NCBI GenBank assembly: GCA_010405405.1 | Contig: MU004235.1 | Span: 1,933,539 to 1,997,538, forward strand | Source of the DNA: Microthyrium microscopicum | Taxonomy: Eukaryota | Direction of reading: 5' to 3' | Length of the DNA stretch: 64,000 nucleotides | Shown: positions 51,455-63,358 of the stretch, in pieces | How the letters are laid out: the number at the start of each line of letters is the position of its first letter | How positions within the stretch are numbered: position 1 is the stretch's first letter | Notes under the pieces: model-generated | What the model saw: only the letters and a program-made list of their open reading frames with translations | Told to the model about the DNA's origin: nothing | Databases searched by the model: none | Translations under genes and position numbers: made by a program

Positions 51455-52017
51455 CTATGTCTGCCAGATCTCCTCCTTCCACTCTTCTTCCTGGGCCTGC
51501 TCCTCAGCCTTATTCTTGTTGGCCGTCTTCAACTACGGGCACAGCAAGTGGCAATAACGGTCTGGCATAAAGGACAATCACGAGGCCAGGGCTTGCCCTC
51601 TTGGATACAGTCAGCACAGGTAGGTATGTAAGTAGTTAAACAAGACTTCTCTATTTTCACACCTTTCTTCTCGACCTCTTTGATCTCCTCGGCAGCTGGC
51701 ATAAGCTCAGAGAGCTCACAAAGTCCTCCTGCCTGCAAAGGTATCGAAGACCAAGCCCACACGCTAGCGATATTGACCTCTTGGCCATCGTCATATTGTG
51801 CGCGCCTGAGTTTTGTTGACATAGAAACGCCCCGTAAAGCACATGATGCATATATTTGCTCTCAGGTCCAGCGCAAGTCCAAGGCTACTTCAATGCTGTA
51901 ACGAGTGTATGGGGCAGACATATGTTGTGGAGGGTCTGGAGGTGGTCGAATATGTGGCGGTGGAAAGAAAGGTGCAGCACAGGGCGCGAAGCCTCGCGGC
52001 AGGAAGCTGCCGTTCAT
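51455..52017 (-). pseudogene. WPRxCPLC array unit F (frameshift and stop)
   Basis: Phase-1 intron; GKPWPRDCPLCQ, then a frameshift to RYCHLLCP*LK. Confidence 0.7.
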
Positions 52018-52385
52018 TTTTGTCGAGGAATAGTCTGATTAATAATGACAGCTTTTATCCCTGACGCGGAATGCTGAAGGAAGTGGTGAGCTTTTGAACG
52101 GGAACGTACGTGCGAAGGCAGGAAGGTGATAGTACGTATTTCGAAGAGCGGGTCGTTGTGAAGAATAGCAATATGTAAGTAGGTGCTATGGGTAAATGGC
52201 TGGAAGGAGTTGAAAAACATTCCGGTGGCAGCTACATTCCTCTTTCTGTGTCCAAGTGCAAGTGCAAGTGAAATGGCAGGAGCGGCCATAAATCTGGAAA
52301 ATCCTTTGTAGCCGTTGACGAGATGTATCGATTTCGCTCTCATTTTCTTCGCCAGAGACTCGCAACCGGTCCATCGTTCGCAGAC

Positions 52386-52993
52386 TCACTTCTTATCCTT
52401 CTTTCCATTATCTGCCTTTAGATATGGGCAGCGGAGGTCGCAGAAACGGTCTTGACAGAGTGGACACCCTCGTGGCCAAATCTCTATCTCTTTCTTTGGC
52501 TCTTCTGTAGATCGTTAGTCCGGAAATATTAGAACAGTCGAACTCGCGTACCAAGCCTCACCACATCGAGTGGCAGATCCGGCCAAGCTATCATATAAGA
52601 CCATTCTGGCCACTCTGCAGAGCATTGAAACCAGCGTGGAAGATCATAGGCACAACAAAGTGGAAATCCCACATGATCGTAAGCAGTTCGACCTGGGAAA
52701 CCATTTGGATCTGTCCACCTAAAGATGGTAATATCTCGCAATAGGTTGCCATTTGAATTGTCGTACATAGCCTCTTTCAACCGCTTTGCTCGGGCCTGTA
52801 TTTGTTGCAGCTGCTTGGTTGTAGGAGTATAAGGTCTCGGTAGGTTATGGGTATAACTGTCATATGGAAGACCAGCATAGTTACAGAAATCGTCTACCTG
52901 ACCGACAGCGAGGTTCCAGGCCATGCGAATTTGGTTTTCATTCATGCTAGATTCTGGCTGGTCCTTATTTTGCCTTTTATCAGTGGTATTCAT
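52386..52993 (-). CDS. WPRxCPLC array unit G (intact)
   Basis: MNTTDK...WFQCSAEWP...; phase-1 intron; EIEIWPRGCPLCQDRFCDLRCPYLKADNGKKDKK*. Confidence 0.78.
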
Positions 52994-53249
52994 CTCGAAA
53001 GAGGAGGATGGAAGTTGATGAAGAAAAAAGAACTTCAAGCTGTAGAAATTTATTGATAGGAACTACCGTCCTTGCAAGCGGGTATTTGAGTTTGCTCGGA
53101 GGAAGGTTTCAAAAACTTTGAAAGACTGAACAAGCTAAGCAGAAAGTAAGTGAGTGAAAAGTGGGAAAAAGGTGACTTATTGCAAGGTGCTGTCAAGATA
53201 ATTGAAGGTGAGGCGCAATGAAAGCTTCTTTGATTCTTATGTCTAAGGT

Positions 53250-53952
53250 TTACTTGTTTCCTCCGGTTTTGAGCCGCTTCATCTCATCTTCCTGCCTTTT
53301 CGAGGTCTTTAGTTACGAACGCAGAAAATAGCGGAAATGGACCTGACACAGCGGGCAATTTCGAGGCCATGGCTTCTCTTGCCCATCTGGAAATACATTA
53401 GCAAGTTGACTTGGATGCGAAATACGTTTCGCATACACTTGTCTTCTTTCTGATCAACATCCTCGAGATACCAATGATATATATTTGGCCGTCCATGTCG
53501 CTCTGCGAATTTGCGCGAGGAAGGCTGAGAATCGAGGGTAAGGAGACAACGATGCTCCGAGTCGTAAACTCGTCCCAAGCTCGCCACCAAATTCATCATT
53601 TTGGTCCGCCTAGTAAAGATTACTCCAGCTAACAGGTAGATGTCCGGGGCATCTCCTCGCCCGCTTCTGTCTACTGCCACACTTAGGTTTGCATGGTCCG
53701 AAGCTCTTGTAGAGTAGGGACATGAGAAGGGCCAAATTAGTAGGCAACAGGATCGTCAGGAAGGTCAATGTCATGAACGAGCTGTGCCATTTGGTGTGTA
53801 GCGCGAAGCCATGCAGAGCGGATCAGCTCAACTAGTTCGGGACAGGTCGTATTATGGAAGACGATGGGACTGCTATTCTTTTCAAGTGGTGGATATGGAG
53901 CGTGGCGGCAAGGGTAGATACGTCTGTAAGGATCAGTGATGATTGTAGGCAT
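53250..53952 (-). pseudogene. WPRxCPLC array unit H (multiple stops)
   Basis: MPTIITD...; several TAA/TAG stops in exon 1; EKPWPRNCPLCQVHFRYFLRS*LK. Confidence 0.7.
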
Positions 53953-54344
53953 TTTGGTTCCGGGAACTGGATTGAGATGGATATACTTCGAGGAGGGGGT
54001 TTTCCGGCAGTTGAAGGAAAAGATGGATAGATTTGGAAAAAGGGTTCGCAGTTGGAGGAAAGTGTTGACAGATAGAGCAGCGTGTTGATGAAGTTTATGT
54101 TGTCTCGAGTAGGCCACGGACAAAAAAGGAGCAAAAGAGGTCGCGGTTGAGGAATCCGCATCACGGTAGGCATGAGTAGACGATGAGATATCAGTGTACA
54201 AGAGATTCGAGGTAAAACAAGCGACACGAGAACTTCCAAAGCTCGATCTGGATTTGAGTTGGTTTTATTCTAACACAATGTGACCTCTAGACAATCAACC
54301 CTGGCCATGACAGATTCCCAGAGGAAAGAAGCCCATAACGTGGC

Positions 54345-54977
54345 TTACTCGCGCTTCAATCGCTTTTCTTCCTCCGCCTTCTTCAAGTAAGGACACAGCA
54401 GATGACATAACGACTCTTGGCAAAGAGGACAATCGCGAGGCCATGGTTTTTCTGCCTTCTCTGACCCGTAGTTAGCAATGCAGTGGTAAGGTAACAATAA
54501 GCTTAACATACCAGTCGGTACCAATGGAGTCGGCTTTTGAATGTGGTGTTCATCGCGAATATGTGCTGGAAGAGGCCCAGCCCAATACGCGCTCACAGTC
54601 TTCTCGGAGCAGGTATAACCATGCGTGTTCACATACATCACTGGTCGACGATTCCTATCCAAAATTGTCGTACCAAGAGGGCTGCGTCGAAGCAGCGCCG
54701 AGAAAGTGACGCCAGGGTTCTGAGCGACGTTGCATTCCATCAGCTGTTGTAGTCTAGCTTCAAGGTTGTTGAGGTCATCGATAGTTGGCTTGAACAGAGG
54801 CGCTTGAGCAACTCGAGGGACGTGGCCGAAACCAAGGCCTGTCATTATTTGTCCTATTCGACCCATTGCGATACCATACATTTTGGCGATGTGCGCGTTG
54901 ACCTGCGCTTCATTCTGTTCGTCGGTCTGCGCAGATGATGGCTCGCTTTTCGCTGCTGTCTGGTTGGCGCTTTCCAT
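54345..54977 (-). CDS. WPRxCPLC array unit I (intact)
   Basis: MESANQ...YTCSEK...; in-frame phase-1 intron; EKPWPRDCPLCQESLCHLLCPYLKKAEEEKRLKRE*. Confidence 0.82.
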   Translation of the reverse strand: MESANQTAAKSEPSSAQTDEQNEAQVNAHIAKMYGIAMGRIGQIMTGLGFGHVPRVAQAPLFKPTIDDLNNLEARLQQLMECNVAQNPGVTFSALLRRSPLGTTILDRNRRPVMYVNTHGYTCSEKTVSAYWAGPLPAHIRDEHHIQKPTPLVPTGMLSLLLPYHCIANYGSEKAEKPWPRDCPLCQESLCHLLCPYLKKAEEEKRLKRE

Positions 54978-55234
54978 GATGAACGAAGGGATGGATGCGA
55001 CTGGCACGAACGTGAGGTATGAAAGTCAATTCAACGTCGTGGTTGAATGAACTTGCTTCGGTCAGGAAGTTGTCGAAGGTAAGGATCAAGAATTGCAAAA
55101 GTCATGAACGAAATAACAGAGCAAGGTATAGGGATTACTCCGGGTGAAATAGCTCGGAGTGGTGGAGATACGCCACTTATTCTACCTAAACAGGAACCTG
55201 AAAAGACACCTACCAACTTCTAGTCCCCGTAATA

Positions 55235-55896
55235 TCACGATAGGATCCGATCCGAGATGTCGCCCTCATTTAAAGTATGTTCCAGGTGCCTCTGTGGATC
55301 TCGTTCGAGCACCCTTAGCTTTTCCTTCTCAGCCTTCTTCAGATAAGGACACAAGATGTGACAGGGACTCGTCTGGCATAATGGACAGTTTCGAGGCCAC
55401 GGCTTATCGACATCTCCTAGAAAGTTTTATATTTTCCGAGCATGAAGCTGGGCTGAACATACCACTTGACATGGATCGAGGAAACACGTTGTGCTTGAGT
55501 TCACTGATTCGTGCTGCTGGAGGAAGGCCATCGAAGCAAACCAGGTGGAGCGTCAGAGCATCTATATCCTCTCGTGTTGACGTGCAAGATTGGATGACCC
55601 ATTCGATCAAACACTGTCAGACCAGATTGGCCAGAGGAGATGTTTAGATGGAAAGGTTCATCAGGGCGTTGAGCGGTATTTGCATCCCGCAATCGCTTCA
55701 CGCGACGCTGCATGGAGCGCAAGTGTTTGATTGTAGGCGTGGGCGCAGTATTGTGGTTATAAATGACAGTGCCGCCGATGGTCGCGAAGATTTCGGTCAG
55801 CTCACGTACTGCGGCATCGTACATATCCTGAATTTGCGCGGCAGTGAGTTGTGGAGATGTCTCTTCAGTTTCTTGCCCTTGATTTTTGGCTTCCAT
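55235..55896 (-). pseudogene. WPRxCPLC array unit J (apparent single frameshift near 55545)
   Basis: MEAKNQ...YRCSDAP; continuation CFDGLPPAARISE... is in another frame; DKPWPRNCPLCQTSPCHILCPYLKKAEKEK. Confidence 0.7.
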
Positions 55897-56336
55897 TTTG
55901 GCTTGAGGATTGGTTGCGGGTATTGAAGAGGCGAACATTACAATTTGGAGCAATGCACATGTGAGTAGTCCGAACATGTTTTATACTAGTACAAGTTTAT
56001 TGCCGCCTCGAGAGTTTCACATAGCTTGAACAGTAGGTTACGGGGACAAGAGACTGCATAGACTCTAGAGAACAGGTTGCGTAGAAAAGGCTTAGCTAGG
56101 CGATTATAAAGCTAATAATAGGTAAAAACGTAGCTTAAGGGTAGTCGAGGTTAAGGCATACAAAGTGAAGAGATGAATTCTCTACCTTGCGCTAATTTCA
56201 ACAAGATCCGCTAACGCCATCCGTAACCTCGACATCGAGTCCCTAGCTTCTCAAAATATAACCTCGAAGGCGCATAACTAAGCCTCAATGGCGAGTAGAA
56301 CTAACGAAATATCTTTCTGTTACAAAAGGGTACAAG

Positions 56337-56992
56337 TTAAAGTCTCTGCCGCTTCACTTGTCGTTCCTCTTCGGCTCTTCTCAAGTACGGGCACAATAAG
56401 GAGCAGAAGCTCGTCTGACAAAGGGGACAATCCCGCGGCCATGGCTTTTGCTCTGCTTTTGTCTAAGAGTCAGCATGATGTTGATAACAGTGCACACTTG
56501 TTGTGATATACCTTTTTCTTCCGGCAATACTGTTTCAGGTACTTCAAGAGATTCTGCGGGTTCGGGATTCTGATCGTGGATTGGGTATTCCGAGCAACGG
56601 ATTACTCCTTGTCGCAACAATCTCCGGCGGTATCGTGCGCGCGCTGTACGGATATTGGTCTGTATCCGGTGTTCCTCAGAGTTGCGGCTATTCATTCGCC
56701 TTTGGAATGCTTCAGACTGCTCTCGAATTTGCTTGTATATTCCATCAAGTCGGCTGTGCAACCGTTCTAAAAGCTCCGGTTGGCCGGCGCCTCCATTTAT
56801 TGCGAGATGAATATCCGCTCTGAGGAAGAGTTCTTTCATTAGTTCGCGGTTGTTGGCATGATCTAAATTCTGTTGAGTTCGAATGGTAGCCAGTCTTGCC
56901 AGGAGATGGGGAGGTGGCGCAAAAGGTGGCGCAAAAGGTGGCGCAAAAGGTGGCGCAAAAGGTGGCGCAGCTTGGCCGTTGTTGTTACTCAT
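56337..56992 (-). CDS. WPRxCPLC array unit K (intact, N-terminal APPF repeats)
   Basis: MSNNNGQA(APPF)4...IRCSEYP...; phase-1 intron; QKPWPRDCPLCQTSFCSLLCPYLRRAEEERQVKRQRL*. Confidence 0.78.
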
Positions 56993-57387
56993 TCTGAGAC
57001 TTATAAGCGATCAAGATGATTTTGAAGAGCAAAGAATTGGCGCTTTGTTGTGAACAGAAAAAGTCTTTACTTATTTCTTGTAGAAGGGAGATTAAATCAA
57101 AGGTACAATATTTCACAGGAGTTCAGTCACTTTTATGTCAGCGCCACAACCTCAACCAAGGTTGACATCTACCAAATATCGAGATACCGACACTTTAACC
57201 AGTCAAAAATAGATAAACGAAGTTTGTTTGATTATGGTATCTTTTCTTATTCAATGACGAGCAGACGCTCGAATATTACGCCTTTTAAGGCAAACAACCT
57301 ATCCGCTCAAGACGTTGCAAATAGTGACATTATACCCAGATGGAGCGCCCTCCCCCATCCAAAATGTCAACCCTTTACATCTTCATG

Positions 57388-57999
57388 CTACTCACCCGGC
57401 TTCATTTGCGCTCTAAGGTAAGGGCACAAGGGGTGGCAGAAGCTTACCTGGCAAAGCGGACATCCACGAGGCCATTGTCGCTCCACCGCCACCGTGTCTC
57501 CTGAGGAGTTGTTAGCACAACTATACCCTGCAGTATTGAAAGCATAGATACCTTCAGCGTCTATTCCTATCCGAGCAATAGCACGAGTCGTATGTTTCGG
57601 CCGCTCTGAACAACGAGCTGCACGATTTCGATTGCCTCGTACCGGGGCACGTAATTGTTGGTTCAATGCAGTTATTTGTCGCAAGTTGGCTCTCAGTTGG
57701 TCGAGCTCTGCCCTTATCTCATCGGTGTCCCCCGCTGTGTCTTCGGTTCTCGCGTGAGTAGTTCGGATGTTCGCGGGCGTTGTGATTAGACGCGCTGAGT
57801 TTGCCTGGGCGTGCGCTCGGGGGGGAGTTATTCGTGAGTTGTCGGACTGAGAAAGCTGGTGTAGTTGATGCTCAAACTGCGTCAAATCGTGGGAGACTGA
57901 GCGAGAACCTGTCAGCACCAGTGCTTTGTGGTCTTCAAATTCTGATTCTATCAAATTGTCGTTGCGAAGTGTCAGCTTGGAAATAATGTAACGGAACAT
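57388..57999 (-). CDS. WPRxCPLC array unit L (intact)
   Basis: MFRYII...ARCSERP...; in-frame intron; RQWPRGCPLCQVSFCHPLCPYLRAQMKPGE*. Confidence 0.8.
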   Translation of the reverse strand: MFRYIISKLTLRNDNLIESEFEDHKALVLTGSRSVSHDLTQFEHQLHQLSQSDNSRITPPRAHAQANSARLITTPANIRTTHARTEDTAGDTDEIRAELDQLRANLRQITALNQQLRAPVRGNRNRAARCSERPKHTTRAIARIGIDAEGIYAFNTAGYSCANNSSGDTVAVERQWPRGCPLCQVSFCHPLCPYLRAQMKPGE

Positions 58000-58295
58000 G
58001 GCTGTAAGACGTGGATGCTCGTGGATAATAAGTGGGAATTTGGATGATCAAGGAGGAATTGGGTTTGGAGTGGGAGACAAATATTCCAGTGTTGTGGTAC
58101 CGGTGTGTTGGTGGAAAATGATGCTGTGAAATTGGCTACCTGTGACCTAATCCATGCAGGGGTGTTGAGGAAGTTGTCAAGATGAGGAAAGAGCGAAAGT
58201 CACCAAGCTTACTGAGGTCGTTGTACAATCTTCTATTTCGATCTATTAAGCAGCAATATGTATCGGCAGATTTTTCTGGAAAACAGAAAGTCGAT

Positions 58296-59601
58296 CTACT
58301 GCAAGTCCATTAAGCTCATTTTCACTTGCAGAGCCTCCTTCTCCTCAGGCAAGGATTTGTCGGCAGAAGAGTGCTCCTGAGTTGAACCTTCTCCCTCGCC
58401 CTTAGATTCATCTCCCAATGAAAGATCTCGCAAGTCCAAGATTGTATCGCCACAGGAAGCTTCCTCGCTATCAAGACTGTTCTGTACAGAAGATTCATGC
58501 TTGTTGAGTGTGTGCTCCCGAATGGTGTCGTCGTCGTCGTCAGAAAGGTCGTTTCGCGCATTTGACGCAGCTTTTTCGCACATCACTTTGGCAATGAAGC
58601 TCTCTAGAAACCCGATTTTCCACGGACAGGCACTAGAAAGAGCTTCCTTGGCTATCTTGGCCTTCTTGCTTAATTTGTCCTTCTCCATCAGCTCGGCGTT
58701 TTTGGTCAGCTCGGACTTCTTGATTAACTCAGTCTCTTTTTCTTTGTTCGCACGCTTCAAGCAAGGACATCGCAAGTCGCAGAACCGCTCTTGGCACAAC
58801 GGACAGCCTCGAGGCCAGATTTCGATCTTTGACGTCTCCTTTTCCTCCTCGTCATGGTGGTTCTCTACGTAGGTTTAGTTATTGAAAAGTTTGTAAGAAT
58901 TAGCCAGGCTTACCAGTTTGAGATGGCGATGGCGATTCATACACGGGCATCCCGGCGACAATACCAGCGAAATTACCAGCGACATAATCAGCGATCGCAG
59001 GATTCCAAGAACACCAGAGGCCCGCACGCTGTAGCCTAAGGACCATGCGAGGTGTTGTATTCTCATCCACATAATCTAGCACTGCAGCCAAAAGTGGGCC
59101 AGGAGGGGGAAGCCATGGATTTGGGTGGAGGGCATGGAAGTTTGCATGCACTTGTCGCCGCTGAGCAATGCGGTCGAAGCCAAGAATGCCTTCAAATGCA
59201 CTCAATTGAACCCTAAGAGGATATCTGCGGTTGGTCTGCTCTTCAAGTTGTCGGCGCTGGGCTTCCGAGCCCCTAGCAAGATGGTACAAAAACGCAGCTG
59301 TACTCATTGTCTTGGTCAAAGATTTGACTTCCTGATCCGGATCACCATATCGCCGGAAGTCGTCATAATAGCGAGAGCCTAGATAAGCTTTGTTTCGATA
59401 AGTCCCCATCCGGGATACGGCAGAAGGAGGTGGACGATGAAGCTCTGGTATTTTGGCGCGGGGATCTGCAAATCGCTGGCGCATGTTATAGGGATCGTTG
59501 AGAGAAATTTCCAGCCGATTGAGTATTGTATTATAGTAGTAGGTTTTGAGTTGGCGCTCGAACCACCCACATTCAGCGTTGTAGTACCATTTCTTCATCA
59601 T
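58296..59601 (-). CDS. WPRxCPLC array unit M (intact, long exon 1 and long acidic tail)
   Basis: MMKKWYY...LWCSWNP...; intron about 58868-58913; KIEIWPRGCPLCQERFCDLRCPCLKR plus about 150 aa of K/E/D/S-rich tail. Confidence 0.78.
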
Positions 59602-60245
59602 GAATGATAGTCAACAATTCAGCTTGCAGTGGCGATATAGTACGACAGTCGCGACTCTGAAGAGGTAAATAGGAGGATACGACGGATGGATGTTGGATTG
59701 TGGTCAAGTTATAGGTTTAAGATCTCGTGGAGCTTTAAAGGCAAAAGATTCCAACATTCGCTGGTAGAGGTGATAGTCAAAATACAAAAGGCGACTAGTT
59801 TATTTCACTCTTTTTGAGGTCGTTAAAGTGACCAATCTAACCTCAAATTCCTGTTCGTGAGGTCATGGCTAATATGTCTTATCTATCTGCAAATGGGGTA
59901 AGACAAAGCGAGAATCGGGCTCATGAATGCTCGAAATTCAAGAAATAGATCGCATCCTCCGCAGAAATCATAATTGATAAGCAGATATGCAAATGGACTC
60001 CTTCCCAAAGGACTTGTTAGCAGATTGCAGTTCACGCTGGCCGTCACACTCAATATAATCATGATGTTTGTTTTGCCAAAGTATTTCATTTTATACCCAT
60101 CGTGAAATTGAAAACATGTCTGGCTCTCAGGCGCAAGTACTATCTGAATTCAAGCTTTTGGTCGTCACCCCTTGGGCCTTCGCTTCCTCTAATATTAGAC
60201 TGTCTCCTCTTCTTTCAACAGAAAGGTGCCGATTCAAGTCGCATC

Positions 60246-60916
60246 TCAGTGAGAACCGGAGCCGTCATCAGCTGTATCCCGCTTTCGCTTCAAGCTCTTC
60301 TCGGATGCTCTCAAGTAAGGGCAGAGTAGACTACAAAATTTAGTCTGACAGAGCGGACAACCACGAGGCCATGCTGCTTCTGGCTTCTCCACTGGCAAGA
60401 GTCAGCATTATATAACACCACCGTTATCATGTGGAGCTTTCACATACCTTTAGGTTCGGGTTCTGCTGGTGATCTATCGAAAGCCCGGTTGCATACTCTA
60501 GGGCGCGGATACGCGGAACAACGATGAGCAGGCAAGACATGTCGTGCTCGATGATGAAGACGAACGAGACGAGCTGCTATCGGAAGTTGAAGGGCCGGGC
60601 GTTGGCGGCCAGGAGGTCCTCGACGGGAGCCCGTGCGTGTCGCGATCGGGAGCTGTCGTGGACGCAGCTGGTCGTGAATCATAGGTTGTTGAATCTTTGG
60701 AGGCGGAGCCTGCTGCATATCGGCGGATGGCTGTGCTGCTGGTGGCGGAGGAGGCTGCATCAAGGGGTTTTGGTTTTGGGATTGCGCGTTATACCAACGC
60801 CAAGTGGAAGACCAATGCACGGGGTGTACTGGATCAGTACTCGTGTATACTGGAATTGGTTGACCTTGTGCGTGGTTATTGGAGCTATTAGTATTGTTTC
60901 CGTCGCTGTTGTTCAT
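60246..60916 (-). CDS. WPRxCPLC array unit N (intact)
   Basis: MNNSDG...HRCSAYP...; phase-1 intron; AAWPRGCPLCQTKFCSLLCPYLRASEKSLKRKR. Confidence 0.78.
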
Positions 60917-61424
60917 CGCTACAGTGTTGTGTCGCTACAACACAGGCAGGACTGAGATGCAACACACCAGGATCTGTTCGGAGACGATCTGATCGCCGTA
61001 GAACCTGATCGAGTGACTAATATGATGCGTCAAGAATCTCAGAAGGAGCAATTTAGACAATGATGCGGATGGGTCGTGTAGAATCAGGTTATGATACAGA
61101 CGATGAAGCTAGGATTGTGATTTGGAGGTTCTTGAGGAGAGTACAAGTAAGAGAGTCGCATGGACAGCTGAAGTATAGAGATAAGCCACAGCCTTGATGT
61201 AGCAGTGACCTTATGTTTGAGGTGAAAATCAAAGCGCCTTTCTGATATAAGTCTAATCAGTTATCCAGATCCAACACCTCAAACTTCCTGCATTCGTCCA
61301 CAGTTCTTCTGCGCGCCTTCAAATAGAGTTACAATAGTGCCAACATGGTTGTAGCCGCGGAAGAACAAGAAGTGGCCTTGAAGCAACAACGGATGGAGTC
61401 TAACCCGCAGAGAATTTCTGTCAT

Positions 61425-61934
61425 TTAGACATCCTCTGCCTGTTTCTTTTCCTTCTCCGCTGCCTTCAGGTAAGGGCACATTAGATGGCAGTATTTGTCC
61501 TGGCATAACGGGCAGTTTCGAGGCCATGGCTTGTCAACTGTTGCATCTGACCGCTTGTATCAACATAGACATCTTTAATACTCGAGTCTAAAGTACATAC
61601 CCTTCAGTTCTGGAACCTCCTCTGCTGCTGTCACTATCCTACTCTGGAACATGTCGTAAAAGGAGCAAGGAAGAGTTATCTGGCCAGCCCGAACGCGTGC
61701 AATAATTTGCCAAAATTCGGGAGTGGTTGGACGGCGATAGCCTGTCGCGGTAACATACGCCTCTTCAGACAAATAAAACTGGAGGTCAAAGACTTCCCAG
61801 TACAGCAGTTGAATATCATCCGGCGAGAAACCGGTGGGAGGTGGCCAAACTCCTTCGAACTTTTTTCGGATACCTCCTATGGCGACGTAGACAGGTTGGC
61901 TACGGCGATCATTGATGCTGCTAGTGCGTTGCAT
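61425..61934 (-). CDS. WPRxCPLC array unit O (intact)
   Basis: MQRTSS...LPCSFY...; phase-1 intron; DKPWPRNCPLCQDKYCHLMCPYLKAAEKEKKQAEDV*. Confidence 0.78.
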
Positions 61935-62654
61935 TGTGTCGACTGATAGCAGAGACAGGCTCGTGTATTTTTGATTACAAGGTTAGGATGCTGTGAGAAT
62001 TACGACTGGTGTGAGCCTATTGGTTTATGATCGCAATGGAGCGGAAGCAGATCCTGATACAAAGTTTCGTTCGGGTTTTATAAGAGAAACCATCACACAT
62101 CTTACAGCACCAGTTACAGCTTCCTGTATCGCTTAGTTTTGACATAAAGAGCAAATGGTCACGCCAATTCTGTTTCTAGCTATATCTTTAAAGGGAGCCA
62201 TATCTTCAATAAGTTACAAGTGTCTTACTCAAATATATTATCAGATCATTCTTACATTTCGCAGTGATGACCTTTGTGGGCCAGGGGCCAATAGACAGAG
62301 GGAGAGAGAGATGCAGTAGGATATGTTCTTCAGCGTTGGGACGATTCATTCTTCACCGCTGATGTAACTGCGAGCATCGTCATGATTTTGCGAGATATGC
62401 GTTCTTAACTTTCTGCATCGCCTGGTTTGCTTTCTTGGTCGCCGTTGTACAGGGGCCTACTTTAGTATATAACCTGATGTAAGTGTGGAATCGATATTTA
62501 AGATCACAAGACTTTTGCCATAACTGCATCTTGGCAAGATGAAAGTGATAAGAGTCAATGATAATGACAAGCTATATTGGGTCAGTAAGAGAGCATCAGC
62601 TCAAGATGTGGCGAATATCTGTCTTGTATGTACTGAGAAGGCATAGTGCTCCAC

Positions 62655-63229
62655 TACTGACCCATCCTCTGCGCTATAGTTTCTTCTTTTCCCCTTCGAA
62701 GTTTCCCGTTTTCCCCTTTCTCTTCAAAAGGCGGGCTTGACGAAGGTACACAGAAGCAGCAATGGTGATCTTCACAAAGGGTTCACCTGGCTGCGGCTTT
62801 AACTCCTCCACTCTAGCACTTCTGTCACTATGGACTTGCCTTCACGACAAATGTAGATACCTATCCTTCTTCGTTTGGCTTCATGGTCGGGGGCTCGAGC
62901 TTGGGGTTCACTTGGAAACTTCCATCTGGTAAAAAGACCCCATATGGCTTGAAAAGCTCCTTTACCAACTGAGACATGCTCGGTGCGTCAGAACATAAGA
63001 ATGTGCCCACCGGGGGCATGCGAAGAGGGGGAATAGGATGAACCCTCGCAGGCAAAGTCTTGCCGGGGTTGTTCTGCATATACACATGTTCGCAGGTGTT
63101 CCAGATTACCTGACATATTTCAATATGTCTAGGCAGTACTACCCGTAATGGGGCAACCGCTGGTTGCTGAAACCGCTGTTGGTTTTGGCTGGGAGTTTGG
63201 CTTGAGTTTTGTGCTGGTAGAGCCGACAT
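62655..63229 (-). pseudogene. WPRxCPLC array unit P (exon 1 open, motif exon eroded)
   Basis: MSALPAQ...FLCSDAP...; TAG just before the GTATCT donor; exon-2 remnant KPQP...PL*...LLCTFVK. Confidence 0.55.
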
Positions 63230-63290
63230 GTTCGCTGGTGTTGCAGTGTGGTCTGAAAGAGCTTTGCAAGAGATTTGCTCCAGAGACGAC

Positions 63291-63358
63291 TGTCAATGTC
63301 AGTCCTTGGGTTCGAGATGTAAATTGTCAATGTCGGTCCTTGGGTTCGAGATGTAAAT
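63291..63358. repeat. 34-bp direct tandem duplication upstream of unit P
   Basis: TGTCAATGTC(A/G)GTCCTTGGGTTCGAGATGTAAAT x2, adjacent to a TATA-like element. Confidence 0.9.
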
